Position numbers and translations under genes: made by a program | Assembly (NCBI GenBank): GCA_964016885.1 | Contig: OZ024742.1 | Location: forward strand, 166,408,001-166,472,000 | Length of the DNA: 64,000 nucleotides | Source: Eledone cirrhosa | Lineage: Eukaryota | Reading direction: 5' to 3' | Notes under the pieces: model-generated | The model's database searches: none | What the model saw: the letters and a program-made list of their open reading frames with translations, nothing else | What the model was told of the DNA's origin: nothing | Part shown: one piece after another, positions 53,001 to 64,000 of the stretch | Layout: each line of letters opens with the position of its first letter | How positions within the stretch are numbered: position 1 is the stretch's first letter

Positions 53001-54970
53001 AAAAAATCAGGGGGAGATAATTTGTAAAAACAATCAGGGGGAGATAATTTGTAAAAAAAATCAGGGGGAGATAATTTGTAAAAAAAATCAAGGGGAGATA
53101 ATTTCCAGCCGTCCAAGGGGAGATAATTTTCAGCCGTCCAAGGGGAGATAATTTCCAGCCGTCCAAGGGGAGATAATTTCCATCCTTCCAAGGGGAGATA
53201 ATTTCCAGCCGTCCAAGGGGAGATAATTTTCAGCCGTCCAAGGGGAGATAATTTCCCGCCAGCCAAGGGAAGATAATATTTTAAAAAATCAGGCGGAGAT
53301 AATTTGTAAAAAAAATCAGGGGGAGATAATTTGTAAAAAAATCAGGGGGAGATAATTTGTAAAAAAAAAATCAGGGGGAGATAATTTGTAAAAAAAATCA
53401 GGGGGAGTTAATTTGTAAAAAAAAATCAGGGGTAGATAATTTGTAAAAAAAAATCAGGGGGAGATAATTTGTAAAAAAAAAATCAGGGGGAGATAATTTG
53501 TAAAAAAAATCAAGGGGAGATAATTTCCAGCCGTCCAAGGAGAGATAATTTTTTAAAAAAATCAGGCGGAGATAATTTGTAAAAAAAAATCAAGGGGAGA
53601 TAATTTGTAAAAAAAAATCAAGGGGAGATAATTTGTAAAAAAAATCAAGGGGAGATAATTTCCAGCCGTCCAAGGGAAGATAATTTCCAGCACTCCAAGG
53701 GGCTATAATTTCCAGTGTCCAAGGGGAGATAATTTCCAGCCAGCGAAGGGGAGATAATTTTTTTAAAAAAATCAGGGGGAGATATGTAAAAAAAATCAGA
53801 GGGAGATAATTTCTAAAAAAAATCAAAGGGAGATAATTTCCAGCCGTCCAAAGAGAGATAATTTCTAGCCGTCCAAGGGGAGATAATTTCCAGCCAAGGG
53901 GAGATAATTTCCAGCCGTCCAAGGGGAGATAATTATTTAAAAAATCAGGTGGAGATAATTTGTAAAAAAAATCAGGGGGAGATAATTTGTAAAAACAAAA
54001 TCAAGGGCAGATAATTTCCAGCTGTCCAAGGGGAGATAATTTCCAGCCGTGCAAGGGGAGATAATTTCCAGCCGTCCAAGGGGAGATAATTTCCATCCTT
54101 CCAAGGGGAGATAATGTCCAGCCGTCCAAGGGGAGATAATTTCCCGCCAGCCAAGGGAAGATAATTTTTAAAAAAATCAGGCGGAGATTGTAAAAAAAAT
54201 CAGGGGGAGATAATTTGTAAAAAAAAAATCAGGGGGAGATAATTTGTAAAAAAAATCAGGGGTAGATAATTTGTAAAAAAAAATCAGGGGGAGATAATTT
54301 GTAAAAAAAAATCAGGGGGAGATAATTTCTAAAAAAATCAAGGGGAGATAATATGCAGCCGTCCAAGGGGAGATAATTTTCAGCCGTCCAAGGAGAGGTA
54401 ATTTCTAGCCGTCCAAGGGGAGATAATTTCCAGCCGTCCAAGGGGAGATAATTTCCAGCCGTCCAAGGGGAGATAGTTTTTTTTTAAAAATCAGGCGGAG
54501 ATAATTTGTAAAAAAAAAATCAGGGGGAGATAATTTGTAAAAAAAAATCAGGGGGAGATAATTTGTAAAAAAAAATCAGGGGGAGATAATTTGTAAAAAA
54601 AATCAGGGGGAGATAATTAGTAAAAAAAATCAAGGGGAGATAATTTCCAGCCGTCCAAGGGGAGGTAATATCTAGCCGTCCAAGGGGAGATAATTTCCAG
54701 CCGTCCAAGGGGAGATAATTTCCAGACGTCCAAGGGTAGATAATATCCAGCCGTCCAAGTAGACATATTTTCCAGCCGTCCAAGGAGAGGTAATTTCTAG
54801 CCGTCCAAGGGGAGATAAATTCCAGCCTCCAAGGGGAGATAATTTCCAGCCAGCCAAGGGGAGATAATTTGTAAAAAAATCAGGGGGAGATAATTTGTAA
54901 AAAAAATCAGGGGGAGATAATTTGTAAAAAAAAATCAGGGGGAGATAATTTGTAAAAAAAAATCAGGGGG
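47100..54970. repeat. About 4.02 kb higher-order repeat, second domain (about two copies; same type as 1-7680)
   Basis: ORF offsets 48053/52070, 48608/52625 (4017) and 49953/53972, 50237/54256 (4019). Shared rare variants CGTTCAAGG (about 47321/51338) and AAAACAATC (about 49010/53027). Confidence 0.88.
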
Positions 54971-55089
54971 AGATAATTTGTAAAAAAAATCAGGGGGAGA
55001 TAATTTGTAAAAAAAAATCAGGGGGAGATAATTTGTAAAAAAAAATCAGGGGGAGATAATTTGTAAAAAAAAATCAGGGGGAGATAATT

Positions 55090-58000
55090 TGTAAAAAAAA
55101 TCAGGGGGAGATAATTTGTAAAAACAAATCAAGGGGAGATAATTTCCAGCCGTCCAAGGGGAGATAATTTTCAGCCGCCCAAGGGGAGATAATTTCCCGC
55201 CAGCCAAGGGAAGATAATATTTAAAAAATCAGGCGGAGATAATTTGTAAAAAAAATCAGGGGGAGATAATTTGTAAAAAAATCAGGGGGAGATAATTTGT
55301 AAAAAAAAAATCAGGGGGAGATAATTTGTAAAAAAAATCAGGGGGAGATGATTTGTAAAAAAAATCAGGGGTAGATAATTTGTAAAAAAAAATCAGGGGG
55401 AGATAATTTGTAAAAAAAAATCAGGGGGAGATAATTTGTAAAAAAAATCAAGAGGAGATAATTTCCAGCCGTCCAAGGGGAGATAATTTTCAGCCGTCCA
55501 AGGGGAGGTAATTTCCAGCCGTCCAAGGGGAGATAATTTCCATCCTTCCAAGGGGAGATAATTTCCAGCCGTCCAAGGGGAGATAATTTCCCGCCAACCA
55601 AGGGAAGATAATTTTTAAAAAAATCAGGCGGAGATTGTAAAAAAAATCAGGGGGAGATAATTTGTAAAAAAATCAGGGGGAGATAATTTGTAAAAAAAAA
55701 ATCAGGGGGAGATAATTTGTAAAAAAAATCAGGGGGAGATAATTTGTAAAAAAAAATCAAGGGGAGATAATTTGTACAAAAAATCAGGGGTATATAATTT
55801 GTAAAAAAAAATCAGGGGGAGATAATTTGTAAAAAAAAATCAGGGGGAGATAATTTGTAAAAAAAATCAAGGGGAGATAATTTGCAGCCGTCCAAGGGGA
55901 GATAATTTTCAGCCGTCCAAGGAGAGGTAATTTCTAGCCGTCCAAGGTGAGATAATATCCAGCCGTCCAAGGGGAGATAATTTCCAGCCGTCCAAGGGGA
56001 GATAATTTAAAAAAAAAAACAGGCGAAGATAATTTGTAAAAAAAAAATCAGGGGGAGATAATTTGTAAAAAAAAATCAGGGGGAGATAATTTGTAAAAAA
56101 AATCAGGGGGAGGTAATTTGTAAAAAAAATCAAGGGGAGATAATTTCCAGCCATCCAAGGGAAGATAATTTCCAGCCCTGCAAGGGGCTATAATTTCCAG
56201 CGTCCAAGGGGAGATAATTTCCAGCCAGCGAAGGGGAGATAATTTTTTTTTTTTTAAATCAGGGGGACATAATTTGTAAAAAAAAATCAGGGGGAGATAA
56301 TTTGTAAAAAAAATCAAGGGGAGATAATTTGTAAAAAAAAATCAGGGGGAGATAATTTGTAAAAAAAAATCAGGGGGAGATAATTTGTAAAAAAAATTAA
56401 GGGGAGATAATTTGTAAAAAAAAATCAAGGGGAGATAATTTCCAGCCGTCCAAGGAGAGGTAATTTCTAGACGTCCAAGGGGAGATAATTTCCAGCCGTC
56501 CAAGGGTAGATAATTTCCAGCCGTCCAAGGGTAGATAATATCCAGCCGTCCAAGGAGACATATTTTCCAGCTTTCCAAGGAGAGGTAATTTCTAGCCGTC
56601 CAAGGGGAGATAAATTCCAGCCTCCAAGGGGAGATAATTTCCAGCCAGCCAAGGGGAGATAATTTGTAAAAAAAATCAGGGGGAGATAATTTGTAAAAAA
56701 AATCAGGGGGAGATAATTTGTAAAAAAAATCAGGGGGAGATAATTTCCAGCCGTCCAAGGGGAGATAATTTTCAGCCGTCCAAGGGGAGATAATTTCCCG
56801 CCAGCCAAGGGAAGATAATATTTAAAAAATGAGGCGGAGATAATTTGTAAAAAAAATCAGGGGGAGATAATTTGTAAAAAAATCAGGGGGAGATAATTTG
56901 TAAAAAAAAAATCAGGGGGAGATAATTTGTAAAAAAAATCAGGGGGAGATAATTTGTAAAAAAAAATCAGGGGTAGATAATTTGTAAAAAAAAATCAGGG
57001 GGAGATAATTTGTAAAAAAAATCAGGGGGAGATAATTTATAAAAAAAATCAAGGGGAGATAATTTCCAGCCGTCCAAGGGAAGATAATTTCAAGCCCTCC
57101 AAGGGGCTATAATTTCCAGTGTCCAAGGGGAGATAATTTCCAGCCAGCGAAGGGGAGATAATTTTTTTTTAAAAATCAGGGGGAGATTTGTAAAAAAAAT
57201 CAGGGGGAGATAATTTGTAAAAAAAATCAAAGGGAGATAATTTCCAGCCGTCCAAAGAGATAATTTCTAGCCGTCCAAGGGGAGATAATTTCGAGCCAAG
57301 GGGAGATAATTTCCAGCCGTCCAAGGGGAGATAATTTTTTAAAAAATCAGGTGGAGATAATTTGTAAAAAAAATCAGGGGGAGATAATTTGTAAAAACAA
57401 AATCAAGGGGAGATAATTTCCAGCTGTCCAAGGGGAGATAATTTCCAGCCGTGCAAGGGGAGATAATTTCCAGCCGTCCAAGGGGAGATAATTTCCATCC
57501 TTCCAAGGGGAGATAATTTCCAGCCGTCCAAGGGGAGATAATTTCCCGCCAGCCAAGGGAAGATAATTTTTTAAAAAATCAGGCGGAGATTGTAAAAAAA
57601 ATCAGGGGGAGATAATTTGTAAAAAAATCAGGGGGAGATAATTTGTAAAAAAATCAAGGGGAGATAATTTCCAGCTGTCCAAGGGGAGGTAATATCTAGC
57701 CGTCCAAGGGGAGATAATTTCCAGCCGTCCAAGGGGAGATAATTTCCAGCCGTCCAAGGGTAGATAATATCCAGCCGTCCAAGGAGACATATTTTCCAGC
57801 CGTCCAAGGAGAGGTAATTTCTAGCCGTCCAAGTGGAGATAAATTCCAGCCTCCAAGGGGAGATAATTTCCAGCCAGCCAAGGGGAGATAATTTGTAAAA
57901 AAATCAGGGGGAGATAATTTGTAAAAAAAATCAGGGGGAGATAATTTGTAAAAAAAAATCAGGGGGAGATAATTTGTAAAAAAAATCAGGGGGAGATAAT

Positions 58001-61000
58001 TTGAAAAAAAAATCAAGGGGAGATAATTTCCAGCCGTCCAAGGGGAGATAATTTTCAGCCGTCCAAGGGGAGATAATTTCCCGCCAGCCAAGGGAAGATA
58101 ATATTTAAAAAATGAGGCGGAGATAATTTGTAAAAAAAAATCAGGGGTAGATAATTTGTAAAAAAAATCAGGGGGAGATAATTTGTAAAAAAAATCAAGG
58201 GGAGATAATTTCCAGCCGTCCAAGGAGAGATAATTTTTAAAAAAAATCAGGCGGAGATAATTTGTAAAAAAAAAATCAGGGGGAGATAATTTGTAAAAAA
58301 AAATCAGGGGGAGATAATTTGTAAAAAAAATCAAGGGGAGATAATTTCCAGCCGTCCAAGGGGAGATAATTTTCAGCCGTCCAAGGGGAGATAATTTCCA
58401 GCCGTCCAAGGGGAGATAATTTAAAAAAAAAATCAGGCGGAGATAATTTGTAAAAAAAATCAAGGGGAGATAATTTGCAACCGTCCAAGGGGACATAATT
58501 TTCAGTCGTCCAAGGAGAGGTAATTTCTAGCCGTACAAGGGGAGATAATTTCCAGCCGTCCAAGGGGAGATAATTTCCAGCCGTCCAAGGGGAGATAATT
58601 TTTTTTTAAAAATCAGGCGGAGATAATTTGTAAAAAAAAAATCAGGGGGAGATAATTTGTAAAAAAAAATCAGGGGGAGATAATTTGTAAAAAAAAATCA
58701 GGGGGAGATAATTTCTAAAAAAATCAAGGGGAGATAATATGCAGCCGTCCAAGGGGAGATAATTTTCAGCCGTCCAAGGAGAGGTAATTTCTAGCCGTCC
58801 AAGGGGAGATAATTTCCAGCCGTCCAAGGGGAGATAATTTCCAGCCGTCCAAGGGGAGATAGTTTTTTTAAAAAAATCAGGCGGAGATAATTTGTAAAAA
58901 AAAAATCAGGGGGAGATAATTTGTAAAAAAAAATCAGGGGGAGATAATTTGTAAAAAAAAATCAGGGGGAGATAATTTGTAAAAAAAATCAGGGGGAGAT
59001 AATTAGTAAAAAAAATCAAGGGGAGATAATTTCCAGCCGTCCAAGGGGAGGTAATATCTAGCCGTCCAAGGGGAGATAATTTCCAGCCGTCCAAGGGGAG
59101 ATAATTTCCAGCCGTCCAAGGGTAGATAATATCCAGCCGTCCAAGTAGACATATTTTCCAGCCGTCCAAGGAGAGGTAATTTCTAGCCGTCCAAGGGGAG
59201 ATAAATTCCAGCCTCCAAGGGGAGATAATTTCCAGCCAGCCAAGGGGAGATAATTTGTAAAAAAATCAGGGGGAGATAATTTGTAAAAAAAATCAGGGGG
59301 AGATAATTTGTAAAAAAAAATCAGGGGGAGATAATTTGTAAAAAAAAAATCAGGGGGAGATAATTTGTAAAAAAAATCAGGGGGAGATAATTTGTAAAAA
59401 CAAATCAAGGGGAGATAATTTCCAGCCGTCCAAGGGGAGATAATTTTCAGCCGCCCAAGGGGAGATAATTTCCCGCCAGCCAAGGGAAGATAATATTTAA
59501 AAAATCAGGCGGAGATAATTTGTAAAAAAAATCAGGGGGAGATAATTTGTAAAAAAATCAGGGGGAGATAATTTGTAAAAAAAAAATCAGGGGGAGATAA
59601 TTTGTAAAAAAAATCAGGGGGAGATGATTTGTAAAAAAAATCAGGGGTAGATAATTTGTAAAAAAAAATCAGGGGGAGATAATTTGTAAAAAAAAATCAG
59701 GGGGAGATAATTTGTAAAAAAAATCAAGAGGAGATAATTTCCAGCCGTCCAAGGGGAGATAATTTTCAGCCGTCCAAGGGGAGATAATTTCCAGCCGTCC
59801 AAGGGGAGATAATTTCCATCCTTCCAAGGGGAGATAATTTCCAGCCGTCCAAGGGGAGATAATTTCCCGCCAACCAAGGGAAGATAATTTTTAAAAAAAT
59901 CAGGCGGAGATTGTAAAAAAAATCAGGGGGAGATAATTTGTAAAAAAATCAGGGGGAGATAATTTGTAAAAAAAAAATCAGGGGGAGATAATTTGTAAAA
60001 AAAATCAGGGGGAGATAATTTGTAAAAAAAAATCAAGGGGAGATAATTTGTACAAAAAATCAGGGGTATATAATTTGTAAAAAAAAATCAGGGGGAGATA
60101 ATTTGTAAAAAAAAATCAGGGGGAGATAATTTGTAAAAAAAATCAAGGGGAGATAATTTGCAGCCGTCCAAGGGGAGATAATTTTCAGCCGTCCAAGGAG
60201 AGGTAATTTCTAGCCGTCCAAGGTGAGATAATATCCAGCCGTCCAAGGGGAGATAATTTCCAGCCGTCCAAGGGGAGATAATTTTAAAAAAAAAACAGGC
60301 GAAGATAATTTGTAAAAAAAAAATCAGGGGGAGATAATTTGTAAAAAAAAATCAGGGGGAGATAATTTGTAAAAAAAATCAGGGGGAGGTAATTTGTCAA
60401 AAAAATCAAGGGGAGATAATTTCCAGCCGTCCAAGGGAAGATAATTTCCAGCCCTCCAAGGGGCTATAATTTCCAGCGTCCAAGGGGAGATAATTTCCAG
60501 CCAGCGAAGGGGAGATAATTTTTTTTTTTTTAAATCAGGGGGACATAATTTGTAAAAAAAAATCAGGGGGAGATAATTTGTAAAAAAAATCAAGGGGAGA
60601 TAATTTGTAAAAAAAAATCAGGGGGAGATAATTTGTAAAAAAAAATCAGGGGGAGATAATTTGTAAAAAAAATTAAGGGGAGATAATTTGTAAAAAAAAA
60701 TCAAGGGGAGATAATTTCCAGCCGTCCAAGGAGAGGTAATTTCTAGACGTCCAAGGGGAGATAATTTCCAGCCGTCCAAGGGGAGATAATTTCCAGCCGT
60801 CCAAGGGTAGATAATATCCAGCCGTCCAAGGAGACATATTTTCCAGCTTTCCAAGGAGAGGTAATTTCTAGCCGTCCAAGGGGAGATAAATTCCAGCCTC
60901 CAAGGGGAGATAATTTCCAGCCAGCCAAGGGGAGATAATTTGTAAAAAAAATCAGGGGGAGATAATTTGTAAAAAAAATCAGGGGGAGATAATTTGTAAA

Positions 61001-64000
61001 AAAAATCAGGGGGAGATAATTTCCAGCCGTCCAAGGGGAGATAATTTTCAGCCGTCCAAGGGGAGATAATTTCCCGCCAGCCAAGGGAAGATAATATTTA
61101 AAAAATGAGGCGGAGATAATTTGTAAAAAAAATCAGGGGGAGATAATTTGTAAAAAAATCAGGGGGAGATAATTTGTAAAAAAAAAATCAGGGGGAGATA
61201 ATTTGTAAAAAAAATCAGGGGGAGATAATTTGTAAAAAAAATCAGGGGTAGATAATTTTTAAAAAAAAATCAGGGGGAGATAATTTGTAAAAAAAATCAG
61301 GGGGAGATAATTTATAAAAAAAATCAAGGGGAGATAATTTCCAGCCGTCCAAGGGAAGATAATTTCAAGCCCTCCAAGGGGCTATAATTTCCAGTGTCCA
61401 AGGGGAGATAATTTCCAGCCAGCGAAGGGGAGATAATTTTTTTTTAAAAATCAGGGGGAGATTTGTAAAAAAAATCAGGGGGAGATAATTTGTAAAAAAA
61501 ATCAAAGGGAGATAATTTCCAGCCGTCCAAAGAGATAATTTCTAGCCGTCCAAGGGGAGATAATTTCGAGCCAAGGGGAGATAATTTCCAGCCGTCCAAG
61601 AGAGGATAATTTTTTAAAAAATCAGGTGGAGATAATTTGTAAAAAAAATCAGGGGGAGATAATTTGTAAAAACAAAATCAAGGGCAGATAATTTCCAGCT
61701 GTCCAAGGGGAGATAATTTCCAGCCGTGCAAGGGGAGATAATTTCCAGCCGTCCAAGGGGAGATAATTTCCATCCTTCCAAGGGGAGATAATTTCCAGCC
61801 GTCCAAGGGGAGATAATTTCCCGCCAGCCAAGGGAAGATAATTTTTTAAAAAATCAGGCGGAGATTGTAAAAAAAATCAGGGGGAGATAATTTGTAAAAA
61901 AATCAGGGGGAGATAATTTGTAAAAAAATCAAGGGGAGATAATTTCCAGCTGTCCAAGGGGAGGTAATATCTAGCCGTCCAAGGGGAGATAATTTCCAGC
62001 CGTCCAAGGGGAGATAATTTCCAGCCGTCCAAGGGTAGATAATATCCAGCCGTCCAAGGAGACATATTTTCCAGCCGTCCAAGGAGAGGTAATTTCTAGC
62101 CGTCCAAGTGGAGATAAATTCCAGCCTCCAAGGGGAGATAATTTCCAGCCAGCCAAGGGGAGATAATTTGTAAAAAAATCAGGGGGAGATAATTTGTAAA
62201 AAAAATCAGGGGGAGATAATTTGTAAAAAAAAATCAGGGGGAGATAATTTGTAAAAAAAATCAGGGGGAGATAATTTGAAAAAAAAATCAAGGGGAGATA
62301 ATTTCCAGCCGTCCAAGGGGAGATAATTTTCAGCCGTCCAAGGGGAGATAATTTCCCGCCAGCCAAGGGAAGATAATATTTAAAAAATGAGGCGGAGATA
62401 ATTTGTAAAAAAAAATCAGGGGTAGATAATTTGTAAAAAAAATCAGGGGGAGATAATTTGTAAAAAAAATCAAGGGGAGATAATTTCCAGCCGTCCAAGG
62501 AGAGATAATTTTTAAAAAAAATCAGGCGGAGATAATTTGTAAAAAAAAAATCAGGGGGAGATAATTTGTAAAAAAAAATCAGGGGGAGATAATTTGTAAA
62601 AAAAATCAAGGGGAGATAATTTCCAGCCGTCCAACGGGAGATAATTTTCAGCCGTCCAAGGGGAGATAATTTCCAGCCGTCCAAGGGGAGATAATTTAAA
62701 AAAAAAATCAGGCGGAGATAATTTGTAAAAAAAATCAAGGGGAGATAATTTGCAACCGTCCAAGGGGACATAATTTTCAGTCGTCCAAGGAGAGGTAATT
62801 TCTAGCCGTACAAGGGGAGATAATTTCCAGCCGTCCAAGGGGAGATAATTTCCAGCCGTCCAAGGGGAGATAATTTTTTTTTAAAAATCAGGCGGAGATA
62901 ATTTGTAAAAAAAAAATCAGGGGGAGATAATTTGTAAAAAAAAATCAGGGGGAGATAATTTGTAAAAAAAAATCAGGGGGAGATAATTTCTAAAAAAATC
63001 AAGGGGAGATAATATGCAGCCGTCCAAGGGGAGATAATTTTCAGCCGTCCAAGGAGAGGTAATTTCTAGCCGTCCAAGGGGAGATAATTTCCAGCCGTCC
63101 AAGGGGAGATAATTTCCAGCCGTCCAAGGGGAGATAGTTTTTTTAAAAAAATCAGGCGGAGATAATTTGTAAAAAAAAAATCAGGGGGAGATAATTTGTA
63201 AAAAAAAATCAGGGGGAGATAATTTGTAAAAAAAAATCAGGGGGAGATAATTTGTAAAAAAAATCAGGGGGAGATAATTAGTAAAAAAAATCAAGGGGAG
63301 ATAATTTCCAGCCGTCCAAGGGGAGGTAATATCTAGCCGTCCAAGGGGAGATAATTTCCAGCCGTCCAAGGGGAGATAATTTCCAGCCGTCCAAGGGTAG
63401 ATAATATCCAGCCGTCCAAGTAGACATATTTTCCAGCCGTCCAAGGAGAGGTAATTTCTAGCCGTCCAAGGGGAGATAAATTCCAGCCTCCAAGGGGAGA
63501 TAATTTCCAGCCAGCCAAGGGGAGATAATTTGTAAAAAAATCAGGGGGAGATAATTTGTAAAAAAAATCAGGGGGAGATAATTTGTAAAAAAAAATCAGG
63601 GGGAGATAATTTGTAAAAAAAAAATCAGGGGGAGATAATTTGTAAAAAAAATCAGGGGGAGATAATTTGTAAAAACAAATCAAGGGGAGATAATTTCCAG
63701 CCGTCCAAGGGGAGATAATTTTCAGCCGCCCAAGGGGAGATAATTTCCCGCCAGCCAAGGGAAGATAATATTTAAAAAATCAGGCGGAGATAATTTGTAA
63801 AAAAAATCAGGGGGAGATAATTTGTAAAAAAATCAGGGGGAGATAATTTGTAAAAAAAAAATCAGGGGGAGATAATTTGTAAAAAAAATCAGGGGGAGAT
63901 GATTTGTAAAAAAAATCAGGGGTAGATAATTTGTAAAAAAAAATCAGGGGGAGATAATTTGTAAAAAAAAATCAGGGGGAGATAATTTGTAAAAAAAATC
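55090..64000. repeat. About 4.275 kb higher-order repeat, second domain (two copies, continuing past the window end)
   Basis: ORF offsets 55365/59641, 56342/60618 (4276) and 57374/61649, 58642/62917, 59058/63333 (4275). Shared rare variant TTTGAAAAAAAAATC (about 58000/62276). Confidence 0.9.

Larger units (their letters stand above)
1..64000. repeat. Composite satellite DNA array of two related monomers (A: 26-29 bp, B: 25 bp), head-to-tail, extending past both window edges
   Basis: Every line consists of GGGGGAGATAATTTGT(A)nTCA or AGGGGAGATAATTTCCAGCCGTCCA or point/indel variants of them. No unique sequence and no inverted copies were seen. The ORF translations are only permutations of the same short peptides. 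Confidence 0.98.

Noticed and set aside
61595-61612. Isolated multi-base variant CAAGAGAGGATAAT
   Set aside because: It is a single occurrence that cannot be distinguished from a consensus error without reads.
139-63758. The many minus-strand ORFs (60-289 aa) as protein-coding genes
   Set aside because: They are translations of the satellite, overlap in several frames and mostly start at TTG within the repeat. Homologous copies gain or lose frame with single-base A-tract changes, so there is no frame conservation, and no recognisable domain is present.
1-64000. CRISPR array (constant core plus variable spacer)
   Set aside because: The constant part is only 13 bp, the spacers are 12-16 bp and of just two recurring types instead of unique, and there is no leader or cas gene.
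1-64000. G-quadruplex array from the G4-G5 tracts
   Set aside because: The tracts are separated by about 21-24 nt, far longer than the canonical 1-7 nt loops, so stable intramolecular G4 is not supported by sequence alone.
1-64000. Telomeric repeat
   Set aside because: There is no TTAGGG-like unit, and two monomer types with inherited variant cassettes and kb-scale HORs indicate recombinational amplification instead of telomerase templating.
1-64000. Embedded transposon, tRNA/rRNA gene or unique island
   Set aside because: Reading through the window I saw no non-repeat segment, terminal inverted repeats or orientation switch, and the ORF track contains no non-repeat peptide.
1-64000. Sequencing or concatemer artefact for the whole array
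   Set aside because: Hierarchically shared variants and reproducible homopolymer lengths across distant copies are not expected from random error or simple adapter concatemers. Local mis-assembly of individual blocks remains possible.

Overview
The whole 64 kb window is one uninterrupted, single-orientation tandem-repeat (satellite) array. I found no unique sequence, credible genes, RNA genes or mobile elements. It is built from two short monomers that share the core GGGGAGATAATTT. Type A is GGGGGAGATAATTTGT(A7-10)TCA, 26-29 bp. Type B is AGGGGAGATAATTTCCAGCCGTCCA, 25 bp. That implies roughly 2,400 monomers (64 kb divided by about 26.5 bp; an estimate, not a count). Runs of A and runs of B alternate, with stereotyped junction monomers. 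Fixed sequence variants form reusable cassettes of about 75-200 bp. These are nested in several kb-scale higher-order repeats (HORs), with periods read from offsets between identical ORF translations: about 4.02 kb, 4.27 kb, 7.57 kb, 11.1-11.3 kb and 16.2-16.4 kb, plus a recurrence at about 45 kb. All listed ORFs are minus-strand read-throughs of the repeat and are judged spurious. The architecture resembles eukaryotic centromeric, pericentromeric or other heterochromatic satellite DNA. I do not recognise the family, and neither organism nor function can be determined from this window. Block boundaries were placed by eye and are approximate.
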